This document shows positions 14,141-27,675 of a stretch of 64,000 nt of DNA, piece by piece; position 1 is the stretch's first letter; the number at the start of each line of letters is the position of its first letter. A program made the position numbers and the translations under genes. A model generated the notes under the pieces. It made no database searches. It had not been told where the DNA came from and saw only the letters and a list, made by a program, of their open reading frames with translations. The DNA is from Eledone cirrhosa (Eukaryota). Location: the NCBI GenBank assembly GCA_964016885.1, contig OZ024742.1:120280001-120344000 (forward strand), read 5' to 3'.

Positions 14141-14846
14141 AAAAACTTAACACTAACAACTATTTAATTAAATTTGTGTTGTCTTTGAGCCAGTTCAATA
14201 ATTAATTGCAAGTTCCATGTCAGCTAATTATCATTTTAGACATAACAGTGGGGCCCCAGTTGTGACCTCCTCGCAGTGAACCCTTGAAACTAACCACTAA
14301 TCTCTTATCTCAATACGGTGAAAGACAGCAACCTAAGACTGCAACAATCTCATATGCAAGAAAAAGAAGACATAACAGTTAATCTCATCTTCTGATAAAC
14401 AGAAAATGTAGTGCAATATTAACAGGATGATGGAAATAGAGTAAAGAAATACAAACAACTAATGTTGACATCAGAATTAGAGAAAGATATTTAACACAGA
14501 AACAAACCTGAAAACTGGATGAGATGGAAGCATGTTAAGCAATGCAAACACAGAAGAAAACAAAATGTAGTTATGCTAATTATGAAGATCCTACAAATCT
14601 TAATACTCTTATCTGTGTTCGCAGGCTGCCAAATGGAAATGACAAAAAGTTATGGAGGCATGGAAAATATAGTGTTTAACACAAGCAAAATTATATTTGA
14701 AGAATATACAAAAATATGGGTGGAAGAGAAAAAGAAAAATGTATAACAGAACTGGGGTGTCACAGGAAAAAAAAAATAAAGGCAAGTTTTTTAACAAGTA
14801 AATAGCATATTTCATAAGGTAACAGGAAAATTTGTTCATAGATATC

Positions 14847-15412
14847 TTCTTCTTTACCCACTTATACCTGGGAGGGTCATGGGAGAAGAGTTTTCAAGCA
14901 TGCCTTCCAGCAGTTCCTGTCAGAAGCAACCATCTCCAATTCATTTAGCTGGATCTCCAAGTGAGGTCAGTTGAGCTCATATATGTTATCCACCCATTTT
15001 GCTCAGGGTCTCCTGCCAGTTGGTTTTGCCCATAAAATCTGCCCATCAATTCTTTCCTTAGACATTCTAACCACATGTCCATAATATTGGAGCTCCAATC
15101 TCTCAATTTAGAGAAGTTAGCAGCTCTACATTCTACTGGAGCGACTCTCTGAGCTATGCATTCTGTTGAGTAACACTCCTAAGATCCTTTCAGGGAAACC
15201 CCATTTTGGCCACTTATATTCATGATTGTATTCTTTCAATCATTACCAAAGGTTCATAACCATAGGGAAGGCTTTTACATATACTCCCTTTTTCTGATGA
15301 CCCAATGCTGAAGCTGGTGCATTGCTGTACTAGTTCCTGCAATTCCTGCACTTAATTCAGTCTCCAGCCTTCTGTCACTCATGAACACAGCCCCAAGATA
15401 CTAGGACTCCAC
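14847..15412 (-). mobile_element. RTE family B 3' fragment
   Basis: Colinear with 275..890 (cacttat..gagggtcatggg, gaattaagtgc.agaattgcagga). Confidence 0.8.
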
Positions 15413-16441
15413 TTCTCTTTAGTTTTGCCAACATAACTATGCTATTATTGCTATTGCTTTATATATTTTTTATTCTTTGAACATGAATTGCAATTTAGTT
15501 TGTATTGTATTTATATATAATGAGATCAAATTGAGTTCAATATTATCATAGCAAAATGGAGATATGCATTCATGCATCAATTATTTTTACAGCTGAACGT
15601 ACTTCCTACTGCTAATTAACTAATCAAATATAAAGAAGGAAGAGCAGGGGCTATTTCCAGCCAGACAAACTTAGACAAGCCAAAATAAGACTTTTGCTGA
15701 AAAAACAACAGAATTGCTTTTGAACCAATGAGATATCCTCTAAATACCGTCAAATTTCAATTAAACCACATCCTATTGTATAAAAAAAAAAAAAAGACAT
15801 GGAGATAACAAGGTGTGTGTGTCACCTCTGATCATAGATATGCTCATAGTTGCGGAAATGTTTCTATTCATAACCATGTGGCCAGTAATTCATTTCTAAA
15901 GTATTCTCCATCATATATACAATATGCTATCTTCTTCATCCTTATAAAATTGTTTTCCTTCACTCCCAAGCATAGTTTTGATAAGCATATATACCTAACA
16001 ACTTCTTATAATGTTCTTTCAGAAGACACGCTTCCTGTCATTCTTAGCAAAGAAATTTATCTCTAAAAGAATAAGCTGAGCATAAAAACTAAATAAATAA
16101 ATATAAAAAATTCAATAGATTCAAAAATAATGTTTGGCAAGTGATATCTTTGTTTTAGGCTTTTTTCATAGCCTTTTGCTTCATGTATCCATTCCTACAG
16201 AAGACAGTTGGAAACTATCTCATGGTATACTCAAACTGTTTTACTAAAGAAAATTAAAATGAACTAAAGATATCACATAAAATATAATCTTTGACATAGC
16301 CTGAGTAAATCTAAAGAATTTTTCCTCAAGCTGGAAATTCATGAAAAAAGAATTTTTTAAAAAATTAGGATTCTAGCTTCTAAACATCTATCATTTTTAA
16401 ACATTTTTATTCTATCTTATTTCTTGCATAAAAAAAGTTAT

Positions 16442-16474
16442 TTATTTACTTCTCTTAATGAAACCAAAAATATC
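16442..16474 (-). CDS. Candidate host-gene exon (DIFGFIKRSK*), possibly terminal
   Basis: Strong minus-strand acceptor ttctctctcttctgttttcag|GAT; phase 0 is compatible with the 20796..20864 exon. No homology recognised. Confidence 0.25.
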   Translation of the reverse strand, partial: DIFGFIKRSK

Positions 16475-17420
16475 CTGAAAACAGAAGAGAGAGAATAATT
16501 AACTCTTGGAGCCAACAAGTGTAAAAACCATGATTAATTTACAAAGGATATGGAATAAACGTTTAGTTTAACTTTCAAATACTGATTAGGTCATTCAAGT
16601 TTTCACTAAAGTCAAAACTCAGTGCATATGTGCAGATGGCATTGGAACAAAAATATAGAACTTTTATTTAAGCTTTGAATTTTAATTTAAATGATTTTTT
16701 TTTTTTTTTTACAATCCTACAATATTTAATGAAGATCAAATATCAAACCTAAAAGTGTACATAAAGTCAATGGAGAGTACAGAAATAACTCATTGAGTGT
16801 AATTAATGGGAGAAGAGAAGACACAAGTAAAATGAAGGTAAAAATTGATAAAGATTTAAAGATTTTTCTGACAATAAACATGCCGTTCTAAGAAGAGAAT
16901 ATAAATCACATTTTAGTATCATTCAGATAATGAATAGCACATGGCAGAATTACTTGTGTTGATAATTCATGATATCAGAGTGTAGAATACATAACAGAAT
17001 AACTGGGAGTTATTTACAGTATGTACCCATATAGGATATTAGTCGAAAAATGAGTTTGAAGAACTATAAAGTTGGAATTAAAAGAGAGGGGAAATAAATG
17101 AGATAATGGATGAATGAGCTTGAAGAACTGGTGAAATGAAGCAGAGCTATGAAGGCAGGCAGTAATATTAATTCGATAACTACTGATCTTTCAGCCATGT
17201 CAACAAAGTTGAATGGTGTCGACAGAGAAGGGATACAACAGGAAACGGTTCTTCCATTGATAGATTTTCTATTTGAAATGGGGAAGGAAGTGAAGACAGT
17301 TATAATGATACATTAAAAATCACAACTTAATCATGCATGGTTGAATAAATGGAAATAAGAGAACTGGTGGAAAGAAGACAGACGGCAATAACAAAAATAG
17401 CAGGATAAAATACATGTATG

Positions 17421-17479
<59 letters not shown>

Positions 17480-17516
17480 ACACACATGAATGTGTATGTG
17501 TGTACGTACATATATA

Positions 17517-17554
<38 letters not shown>

Positions 17555-18030
17555 CACATATGTAAAGATTCAGGACCCCGACGGCTGAGCCCCGGCCGTT
17601 TCGAAAGCTAGATCTGAACTAAAGTGCCAGTATTCGAGCAGTGGGAATCTAGCTGAACTCCTTAAGCGATATAGTCTATATATGGGCAGACAGTCGATGC
17701 AAAAAAAAATCTTAAAAGTTCTCATTTTTTTTTTTTTTCCTCGGGAGTGGCCCATGAGGGGGGGGGGGGGTTACCTTTGTTCAAATGTAGGACTTCCTAA
17801 AGATAGCTGGTTTAGTCCTGCTCTATCCCAATAAATATCTTGAATTATCTAGTTTTATTACTCTCATGGTAACAAGGAAAGGGGCTAGACAGGATGAAAA
17901 ATAGGAGGAAATGGGTGACTTCACCTATTAACCTGAAGATGTTAAGCTAGTCAGTAGAGCACACATGCAATTAAGAGAGAATTTTCCCTCATCAAATATT
18001 TCTAATCTGTGTGTGTATATATATATATAT

Positions 18031-18785
18031 AACAGATTTTGGTCTGCCTGGGTATCAAAGGCTATTGCCCGATATAGGTTTATTATTTTTATTGATTTAT
18101 TACTTTAAATCGAGTCAGGCAAACCATATTGTTTTAAATTAGTATTTTTTCAACCTAGCTACCTTGGTCATTTGCAAATGGAACACATGTATACTTATAT
18201 ATTCAATTATATTACACAACTCGGAAAGATTCCCTTCTTTGAGCTATTTAATTGTAAAAGACTATTTTGAGTTTATAACTCAATATATGATATTCTCTGC
18301 TCCGTATGTAGAGCTAACCTTAGTCTCATAAACCCACCTGCTATTTGTAGCGGCATGAGTATGAGATGCGCTAGGTGCTGTGACATGTGCGTTTCCATCA
18401 GCATATCGTGCAGTCTTCTTAGATCCTTTGAAGTGAAAGGTACAAATTTTCCTGGATACCCGCAGATGAGCACAGGAATTCTAGCTTTCACTTAATAATT
18501 CTTGCGAAACAGATTTTGGTCTGTCCGGGTATCAAAGGCTATTGCCCGATATAGATTTGTTATTTTTATTGATTTATTACTTTAAATCGAGTCAGGCAAA
18601 CCATATTGTTTTAAATTAGTATTCTTTCAACCTAGCTAACTTGGTCATTTGCAATTGGAACACATGTATACTTGTATATGTGTTCATCTCTCTCATATAT
18701 TCAATTATATTACATGACTCGGAAAGATTCCCTTCTTTGAGCTATTTAATTTGTAAAAGACTATTTTGAGTTTATAACTCAATCT
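18031..18785. repeat. ~250-275-bp direct repeats (18031-18283; 18508-18783) flanking a ~225-bp unique core, inside (TA)n
   Basis: Near-identical aacagattttggtctg...gagtttataactcaat copies; the second has a ~22-bp insertion. Confidence 0.9.
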
Positions 18786-18788
18786 ATG

Positions 18789-18819
<31 letters not shown>

Positions 18820-18995
18820 TGAAATTCCGCTTGTTTCTGATTGAATTTCTCAAACAAATGTGGTATTTCAACCCTCATAATTTTAGACACATGATTTACT
18901 GTGTTTATTACTACATATATTATTGAAATGCTCAGTATTTATACTTTGAGCTTGTTAATTACAGGGTATCAGTATGGTTAACTCTGCGTTTTATT

Positions 18996-19070
<75 letters not shown>

Positions 19071-19257
19071 ATACTTGGGGAGGGTCATATTGCTATAATA
19101 TTGCCAGAAATAATAACAGAACACACTCCCTGTTAGGTTGGTTTTCGCTTCTGTATCTTTTATATCTCCATAGTTAATTTATTTGGCAATTAATGTTTAC
19201 CATTGATTGACCAGCGGTTGAAATACAGATATAAATATATATATAAATATATAGTCT

Positions 19258-19299
19258 ATCAAAGTTCTTTTGTCGCACATCTGCAACATCATCAGTGGT
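19258..19299 (-). ncRNA. Degenerate minimal type-I hammerhead-like motif (Penelope-type)
   Basis: Minus strand reads acca-CTGATGA-t-gttgca/gatg/tgcgac-aAAA-gaacttt-gat; the catalytic G12 position is A. Confidence 0.45.
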
Positions 19300-19721
19300 A
19301 CTATTATGTTCCCTCACGTTGTATTGTAATATCTACGCCAAAAATGGCGTAGATAGACAATTCAGATAAGATTCAAGGTCAAAAATTTCATTGAGTAAGA
19401 AAAAAGTTAGCTAAATTTATGTTTTCTTGTATGTATTTTTGTTTATAATAAATTGTGACTCCATCCAACAATCTATCTTTTCTTTTTTTTCCTTTTCAAA
19501 CTAAAAATGTCTCTTCATATTGAAAAGGTCCCATACCTTTGCCATATAGTAACAGGTAAATCAGTTTTACTTAACTTTTCATATGATTCTTTTCTTTTAA
19601 CCTATACATCCCATTAATCTTCATGTTTTGGTGTTCTAAGATTTTACATTCACGTATTGAAATGTATACATGGCACATCTAACTTGACCAGGAAATGAGA
19701 TGAAATTGTGACAATAAGTCA

Positions 19722-20303
19722 TTTACTGGTTACTGGGCTATAAGTTTGTATGTTGATTACTGTATGAATTCTTTTACTGGTTACTGGGCTATAAGTTTGT
19801 ATGTTGATTACTGCATGCATTCTTTTACTGGTTACTGGGTTTGTATGTTGATTACTGCATGAATTCTTTTACTGGTTACTGGGCTATAAGTTTGTATGTT
19901 GATTACTGCATGCATTCTTTTACTGGTTACTGGGTTTGTATGTTGATTACTGCATGAATTCTTTTACTGGTTACTGGGCTATAAGTTTGTATGTTGATTA
20001 CTGCATGCATTCTTTTACTGGTTACTGGGTTTGTATGTTGATTACTGCATGAATTCTTTTACTGGTTACTGGGCTATAAGTTTGTATGTTGATTACTGCA
20101 TGCATTCTTTTACTGGTTACTGGGTTTGTATGTTGATTACTGCATGAATTCTTTTACTGGTTACTGGGCTATAAGTTTGTATGTTGATTACTGCATGCAT
20201 TCTTTTACTGGTTACTGGGTTTGTATGTTGATTACTGCATGAATTATTTTACTGGTTACTGGGCTATAGGTTTGTATGTTGATTGGTGTATGAATTCTTT
20301 TAC
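19722..20303. repeat. Minisatellite of alternating 51- and 44-bp monomers (95-bp higher-order unit), ~12 monomers
   Basis: Monomer starts at 19771, 19822, 19866, 19917, 19961, 20012, 20056, 20107, 20151, 20202, 20246. Confidence 0.95.
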
Positions 20304-20344
20304 ATTCTTAAACAAAACAACTCTATACAAAGTCTCGTGACTTT

Positions 20345-20578
20345 TAACTCTTTCATGACAGTATATCTAATGAAATACACTCTATTTCAATTAATTAATG
20401 AAGAATTTTAAGGGGTTTACAAAAATTATTAATTATTTCATTACTAAATAACTTAATGTAAGGTTCTTATATAAAGTTATGTTGGAAGATTTTAATTTAA
20501 ATAGAAAACCTTTAAAATGGGTGGTTTTATTTTATAGATCCAGAGCCTGTTTTGGCCAGGTTGGTATCAAAAGGGTTA
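20345..20578. mobile_element. TTAA-type (piggyBac-like) MITE, second family
   Basis: ttaactcttt ... ggttggtatcaaaagggtta; related to 25272..25533 and to partial ends at ~55694 and 55772. Confidence 0.55.
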
Positions 20579-20795
20579 GAGAAATTGTTAATTTGTTAAT
20601 TCTATCTAACTTCTTTAGTGCACTCTTTTGTACTAATATCATACAGCTATGATCCACATAAACTCCCATACTTAAAACAACAAAGAAACCTAATGGACAA
20701 TTCAAAGCAAAACATTTTAATGACAAAGTTTAATATTATAGCTAAGTAATTAGGTACAATACCATGAAGTTGATTGTTTATATCCACTCACTCAC

Positions 20796-20864
20796 CTTGA
20801 GCTGCACCTCTAGCATTGACAGTAAACTCTTACAGACTGCAAAGAGCCTGGTTATGATTTGGAA
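20796..20864 (-). CDS. Candidate host-gene exon (FQIITRLFAVCKSLLSMLEVQLK)
   Basis: Acceptor ttgttcttaccatag|TTC, donor AAG|gtgagt; 69 nt, phase 0/0, only one frame open, lies in non-repetitive sequence. Confidence 0.45.
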
Positions 20865-21289
20865 CTATGGTAAGAACAATTTATTACTACAAAAAGTAAA
20901 GAAATTATATGACTGATGAATGATTCATTAGTTTCTATCTAATACTGGGATAAAATCTATCTGATATTAAGTGAATAATATTATTGCCCAAACTATACAA
21001 AGAAAAACCCTATTTCCTGGAGTTTTAGACACACAATCAATAAATCAATAAAAATCTAAATTAAATAAATATCGAAAGAAATATATAAAATTAGAATAAT
21101 CTAAAATTATAGATCAACGAAAAATAATCTTAAATTTTAATGCATACTAATTTCTTTAAGCTATTTTAGTTTAGCATTTGGCCTGAAAATAAGTCTCTTT
21201 GGGAAGAAATTATATTTATAAGCTGGTCACTTGTCTGATTATGTTCAAATGTTAAACAGAATGATGCTATTTTGGTGTTGCTACAGACA

Positions 21290-21505
21290 TCTCTAGTTTA
21301 AGGCTTTGTTCTAGCACTGCATAGAGTAGTCGAATCACCAGAATCATCTTCCTGAAACACCTGAAACCAACTCCCTAATCACCACCATTGGCGTGGAGTT
21401 GGCTACCCACAGGTGTAAGCCTCGCAAGTTGGAATGGCTCTTCCAAAGTGTCTCCCTCACCATCCTCCGGAGAAACGCTTTCTTGATTCTGTCCGCCAGG
21501 ACCGT
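21290..21505 (+). mobile_element. CRE-like RLE non-LTR retrotransposon C-terminal relic
   Basis: Plus frame LITTIGVELATHRCKPRKLEWLFQSVSLTILRRNAFLILSA resembles the RLE C-terminus (LFQRxSxAIQRGNA); homologous to 28560..28705. Confidence 0.65.
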
Positions 21506-21874
21506 GGGGCGGCCAATGCATGGGCTCCCATTTGCATATAATAGTGAGCAATGGGGAGAGTGAGAGAGATGGAGGCAATGACTACAACAAGGATGACAAC
21601 TACAACAAGAAGGACACCTGAAACAAGTTATATCTCAAATGAATTATGACAAAAATGAGAGAACATTCTGTTGTTTATTATAAGTAGGAGTGGATTGAAC
21701 ATGTTAGTAAATCAATAAATATTTTAAACATTTTAATACTAACTTGTCTCAGACTATCTGTACAAATGTGTTCATATTAAATTAACATCTTGTATATATA
21801 CCAATATGTAAAATTAAATATTTTACTCAAATCCCTTCAAAATCTTGATTATAGAGAAAATTAATTTAAAGACT

Positions 21875-21990
21875 CAGGCAGGCTATTCATTACAAACATA
21901 ATCAAAGCCTGTGACTATATTTGTAATGCATAGCCTGCCTATACATTACAAATATAGACACAGGCAGGCTATATATTACAAATATAGTCA
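21875..21990. repeat. Nested direct/inverted ~29-bp repeats (foldback)
   Basis: tgactatatttgtaatgcatagcctgcct (~21912) is the reverse complement of aggcaggctatatattacaaatatagtca (~21962) with 2 mismatches; partial copies at 21876 and 21941. Confidence 0.85.
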
Positions 21991-24900
21991 TGGAAGGGAT
22001 AAAGATGTTTATGAAGTAGGCTAAAACTAAAGCAGTGATATATATAAAGATGTATCACCGGTAAGAAAGATTATGAAGAGAAGACTATTAGCAGTGTTCC
22101 AGTTAATGCTGTAATGTTAAGGCTATAATAGATATTGAACAAAGGACCAAATCCATCAGTTCCAATTCATACATCTAAAATAGAAATATTTAAGAATAAC
22201 AAATTGTGGTGTCAGTGCATGTCTACTAGGCAATGTGTTAATAGATATTGTTAGATGTATTTTTATCTTTCTTTTTGTTATATTTACTACAATCTGTTTT
22301 GTATCAGATTTTATGTAAAGTTTATAATATAGGTGAACATGAGGTCTAAAGAAAGACATGGAATGAGTTCTACATATAATATTATCTACATCGTACTTTA
22401 ATATTTTTTCTGTATTGTTTATTATATTTTGGATATTGCCATATGGATGAGAGTTTTTATTCTTAGAAACAACAATCACTATTATTTGGCGACTGCTCTT
22501 CCAAGTAATCCATTACATCAAGGTTCAACTATAAAAGTTAGAAGAGCTAATACTGATTCTTAAAATGTCACAGTCTTTATTCAATGATCTTATCATTTTT
22601 AACAGAATGGGTTGGGAAAACATTTTATTCCTGTAATCATCAGTTAGATATTTTAGAAAATGTAAATATTAGCATGAATTGATTGAGCAGGTGCCGACCA
22701 CTGAAATATTAACTGAAAGGGGTACCATAAGATATGTTTGATAATAGGATAAAATAGAACAAAATAATTCTAACATATAACCTCTAAATTAATAGTTCAC
22801 CTCATCTAATCCTTAAATCAGGTGTTGAAAGGAAGCTGATCCTACATTATCTGTGTGTGCAGGAACGAATACATGTACATACTTGGAGCAAACTAGTAAG
22901 TAATAGTGGTGAGAATATCTTTAAAAATACTCAGTAAAATGTTGCCTCATACAGAGTGAATGAAGACATGGATGTTGTAAACAAATATTTTAATGGTCAC
23001 AGGAAATCCCTCATCCTTGCTATACATGAAAGCTAAAGCCAGAAATTAAAACAAAAAATTTAGCAAGATATATGATTTATAGGTATGTAATGCATTTTCT
23101 AAGAAAGTAATGATTCAAGTCACTACTAATTCTGAAGAAGAAAATGACATTACTGTCATGACAACTGTTTCAAAGAAATCTCTACTCCACAACACAGCAG
23201 CCAGTTCTTTCATCTCCAAGTTTGCAGACTAACATAAACTACCACAAAAGAAAGACAGTAATGATCATCAAGCAAATGAATGTGTCTTCTGACAGTATAG
23301 TTGGAGTTATAGCACAGAGGGTAATAAAAGAATATACGAAACAGGTAGAAGAAGAGCTGTGAAAGGAGAAGAAAAAAAGCAACAAAGACATTAAAACATT
23401 CATTGCTACAAAGGTGAGTAGTAACAAGTCAGAGACAAGAATTAATTTATACCTTTGAGAATAATGGGATGAGTGGGGTTAACCTTATAGCAGAGCAATC
23501 GAGTGAACTACAGAGAAAGATGACACAACTAATGTCTGTAGAGCAGTAACAGTCACATCAACAAGTAATAAAACATGGAAATATGACAGATTTCAAGTAA
23601 TATACAAGAGAAATAGTTGGCTGAAGATATATAATTATACTGGTAGAAGATTTTCTGTGGATCAGAAAGTATATTTGATGCTGATTTCAAAACTCTTTTT
23701 TGTTTCTTAGTAGCCTGCATTATTTTTACATAATACCATCTACTTTTTGATAATTATATTTGAAATATTTTGTATTTTTCAGAGTGTATCCTCAGTTGAT
23801 TGTCATTTAATCAGACTTGTGAATATAAAAACCTATCTAGACCTTTTCTGATACTTTTATAACTAACACAAAACTAACAACTATCATAATGGATCTTATA
23901 AAAATATATCAGATATACTTTGGGTGTTATACACCATATAATACACAAATATAAGCCAAAACCCCTATTTTATGTCTGAGAAATTGGCAAAAATCCAAAC
24001 CTTGTGTATAAGTTAGGCAATTAATCCACACATTATGTTTAGATAGTGCGGTTTTGAAATTCTCATAAGTGGAGACTATTTTGATATTTAAAGTGTCTTA
24101 TGTGTCGTTTAGAGTATAGTTTTTCTTTCACAACTCCATTATGTAATGCTTTTTTTACCATTTCATTTGTTTTATAGTTTTAACAAGCCCATATGTTTGG
24201 GCATTCCTAAATATTCACAACGATGTAGTAAATGTAGAAAAACAGTGTTTCATAGGGGAAAAAGAAAAAATAATAATAATCAATTCAGATATGTTAGCAC
24301 CTTATTTACATAGAATTTGGTATGGAAACTAATTCCATCAAGACATTTTATACAATGGAAATATAATACGAGGAATTCTAGAATTAAAGTAATGTATATT
24401 TATCAATTCCATGTGTATCTAATTGAATTGATGATAGGAAAATTAGGTTTGCGGTTAAACTTAATTATGTATGAATTAATTTAGTGTACACTGTGCTTCA
24501 GTTCAAGTAAAAATCAAATTTTGTATTTAAAAAAAACAAAAATGCTATTCCATACATCTTAAATATGGAAAAATAAATGTTGTCATATTTCATGTGCTAA
24601 GGGAAAACTGAAAGAAGGTTTAGAATCAACATCCAAAAGACATTTAGAATCTGCGTCCAAAACACTTCTGATAAATGTTAATTAATTTTTTATTTAAAAG
24701 GTGGGAGGGAGGGGGGTTTATTTCATAGACTGGTGTTATTTTCCATTTGTATTAACTGAAGTAGGGAATGTTGTGGACTGAGGTGGAAGAAAGTTGAAAT
24801 GAATGCAAAGCAATTAAGCAAACATTCGGAAGATGATACACACACAATCAAATGTGAAGACAAGGGTTAAAAAATGTTTTTGATAATTTTAAAATCCGAG

Positions 24901-25271
24901 AAAGGATTCATTAGGAATGTAACTAGGGAAAGAAGAAGCTAAGTAATACAAACCTAGATTGACAGAATTTTTTTTGAATTTTTTCGTAATACTTATAACA
25001 GATTTCAAGTATTTAGATCTACCTCTTTACTAAATGATAGTATCTTCATTGCAGAATAAATAATCAAATCAACCCTATTAAAACAGCAAATTAAGATGTT
25101 ATCTAGGAATTGAAGATTTAATAGAGATAAATATAGTAAGATTAATTACTGTAATCAGTGTCTAGAATAAGGCAGATAAGAATATTCCACAAACCAATAC
25201 AAGTAAAAGCAGCACAAATAATATTTATACATCTTTACTTTTGAATCAAGCAGATTCAGAGCTTCCATATA

Positions 25272-25533
25272 TTAACCCTTTGCTTATATTTCAAATGAGA
25301 CACACAGCCTATATGTTTCAATTAATTCTGAAAATAATAAAAAAAAATTTGGAGGAATTTAATAAAATATATAACTTTTTCATTAACAAGCTGATGTTTG
25401 TAACATTACTTCTCAAAAATGTCTTAAATAAAATTATTACATGTTTAAATATAAGCATGAACATTTGAAAATGGACGGTTTTACATCAAAGAATCAGGGG
25501 CAGTTTCAGATAGGCTGGTATCAAACGAGTTGA
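25272..25533. mobile_element. TTAA-type MITE (second family)
   Basis: ttaaccctttg ... ggctggtatcaaacgagttga, similar to 20345..20578. Confidence 0.55.
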
Positions 25534-25985
25534 GCAAATGAAAAATATCTCAAGGACAGATAGTTAGTCTTTTGTAGATTTCTTTATGAACACAATTCAG
25601 ACAAAAGATCATAACACAGCAAACTGCTTTCTTGACAATGTACACAATTTAACTCAGAGCTCAAGTTTAGCTAATCTGGAACTTATTAATTCCATAATGA
25701 TCAATGACTTTGACATTTTTTTAAGTAACAAATCTGAAGCCAGTAACACTTAAGGGATAATATTGGAAAAATTTACATTTAAAATACATACTAAAGTCAC
25801 CATTTTCAATCAAGTATGACTTGGTAGTATGTACTATGATTTTGCTAAGGGTATTAGGTTCCCATACAGCTGTGAACAGACACAGACATCCTATCAACTC
25901 TCCTTCCATTAATCCAGCTGAACAGCCAGAAGAAGTGGGGGGACACAGGGTTGTTACTTTTTCTTATCAAAGTATAATAATATAA

Positions 25986-26049
<64 letters not shown>

Positions 26050-26053
<4 letters not shown>

Positions 26054-26425
26054 GGGATGAGGTGATAAAAGCTGACCTTACCCAATTGCACCTCTCAAAG
26101 GCGATGACACATGACCGTGACCTCTGACGTCACGCAGTATTACAGAAGACCCAACTTCCCACGGGTACAAGCCAAAGCTGAAGCATATAGACAATATGCC
26201 CCCATCCCCTCCCACTGCAAAGTGGGAGGGGAGGTGCCACGCCAAAAAAGCACCCAGCCCACTGTAAATGGGATTGGTTTTAGGAAGGGCATCCAGCTGT
26301 AGAAATCAAGCCAGAATCAGTACACGTATGAGCAAGACAAGGTTAGCCAACCTAACACTGCCCACAACAAGACAACCCGTCTAATCCATGCTAGTGTGGA
26401 AGAACGGACGTAAAACGGTGATGAT
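26050..26425 (+). mobile_element. 5'-truncated RTE family A 3' end
   Basis: Starts at TWDEVIKADL codons after (TA)n; 3' UTR and ggacgtaaaacggtgatgat end shared with 32390..32820. Confidence 0.85.
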
Positions 26426-27036
26426 ATGTATATGTATGTATGCATTCATGTGCACGTGTGTTTTTGTATGTGTGGCTCTACTTTCAACTCTTGTTGATAT
26501 AGCATCTACTACTGTTTTCTTTTTATTTACAACCCTCTTTCCCCATCCCACTCAATATTTCTCCTTGTAGACTGCTATACTTTCTTCCTCCATTTTCTGT
26601 ACTACTCCCAACATTCCAGTTCCTACACATAGAATTTCCTGAACCCTTCAACAATACAGTAATTATATACAAGTGAAAATATATAACAACATTGAAAAGA
26701 AGATATTTGCCCACATCACTTTTATATAGAGGAAAATACTTCCAAACTGAAATGTTGTGTTATTTTTCAATAGCCAGATTCCACTGTTACATGTGATATA
26801 AAATATATTGTTATCATGACAGTCTTATTATTTCACCTACTACCAAATCTTTTAAATTTGTTTTTCTGCCATTGTTTTGACCACTCCTACTACCACACTA
26901 CTTCTCCCTTCCCCTAAACATGGTTACCCTTGTTATATCCAGCTACCTTTAGCACCCCCACCATCTGTTTCACCTCCTTACCTAAACTCTTTTTCCTTAT
27001 CTCACCCACTTACTACTTTGACTGCCCCCCACCAAC

Positions 27037-27237
27037 AGAAGAAGAAAAAGAACAAAAAGAACAAAAAGAAGAAGAAAAAGAAAAAGAAGAAAAAGGAAAA
27101 GAAGAAGAAGAAGAAGAAGAAGAAGAAGAAGAAGAAGAAGAAGAAGAAGAAGAAGAAGAAGAAGAAGAAGAAGAAGAAGAAGAAGAAGAAGAAGAAGAAG
27201 AAGAAAAAGAAAAAGAAAAAGAAAAAGAAGAAGAAAA
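27037..27237. repeat. (GAA)n/(GAAAAA)n microsatellite
   Basis: Pure GAA core of about 35 units with degenerate flanks. Confidence 0.95.
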
Positions 27238-27675
27238 AATAATGTCCTCTTCTGCCTCATGGCATAAAACATATTCCATTGTTTGAACTATTTGCCAATG
27301 CAGAACATCACTAGTCACCCAGGATTCTACTGTTTTACTAGTAATACATGATAGCAATATATGCTAGTAATACATGATAGAAATACATGATTGTACACAG
27401 TGTTTATAAATTCCTTGTGCAACTTTAAATATTACGTTTTGATGTACACTTGATACCGTCAATTGAATATAAAAGTTTTATTTATATATTTCATGCACTA
27501 CATTATATATTTCTAACATTCAATAATAATGGTTTCTTATTCAATAATAATGCCATTTTTCTTGACACTTCAGGCAAGCTGGTATTCCAACACATTAGAA
27601 ACACTTGGGTTGTTAATAATAATAAATTATAATTAATAGAATAGATTTTAAAAACACAAACTAATATACAAAAGT

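Noticed and set aside
19722-20303. CRISPR-like appearance of this array and the 27.7-kb array
   Set aside because: No unique spacers, no cas genes, eukaryotic context; both are plain tandem repeats.
21345-21505. Minus-strand peptide VLADRIKKAFLRRMVRETLW resembling VLADRMKKTFLQRMVRETRW at 28.7 kb, suggesting paralogous exons
   Set aside because: The similarity is the antisense shadow of two CRE-like RLE relics on the plus strand.
22156-22528. 107-aa minus ORF and a possible exon LNLDVMDYLEEQSPNN
   Set aside because: AT-biased composition, no convincing donor site, no recognisable motif.
26877-27357. Poly-K/E/L/S ORFs
   Set aside because: Translations of the (GAA)n microsatellite.
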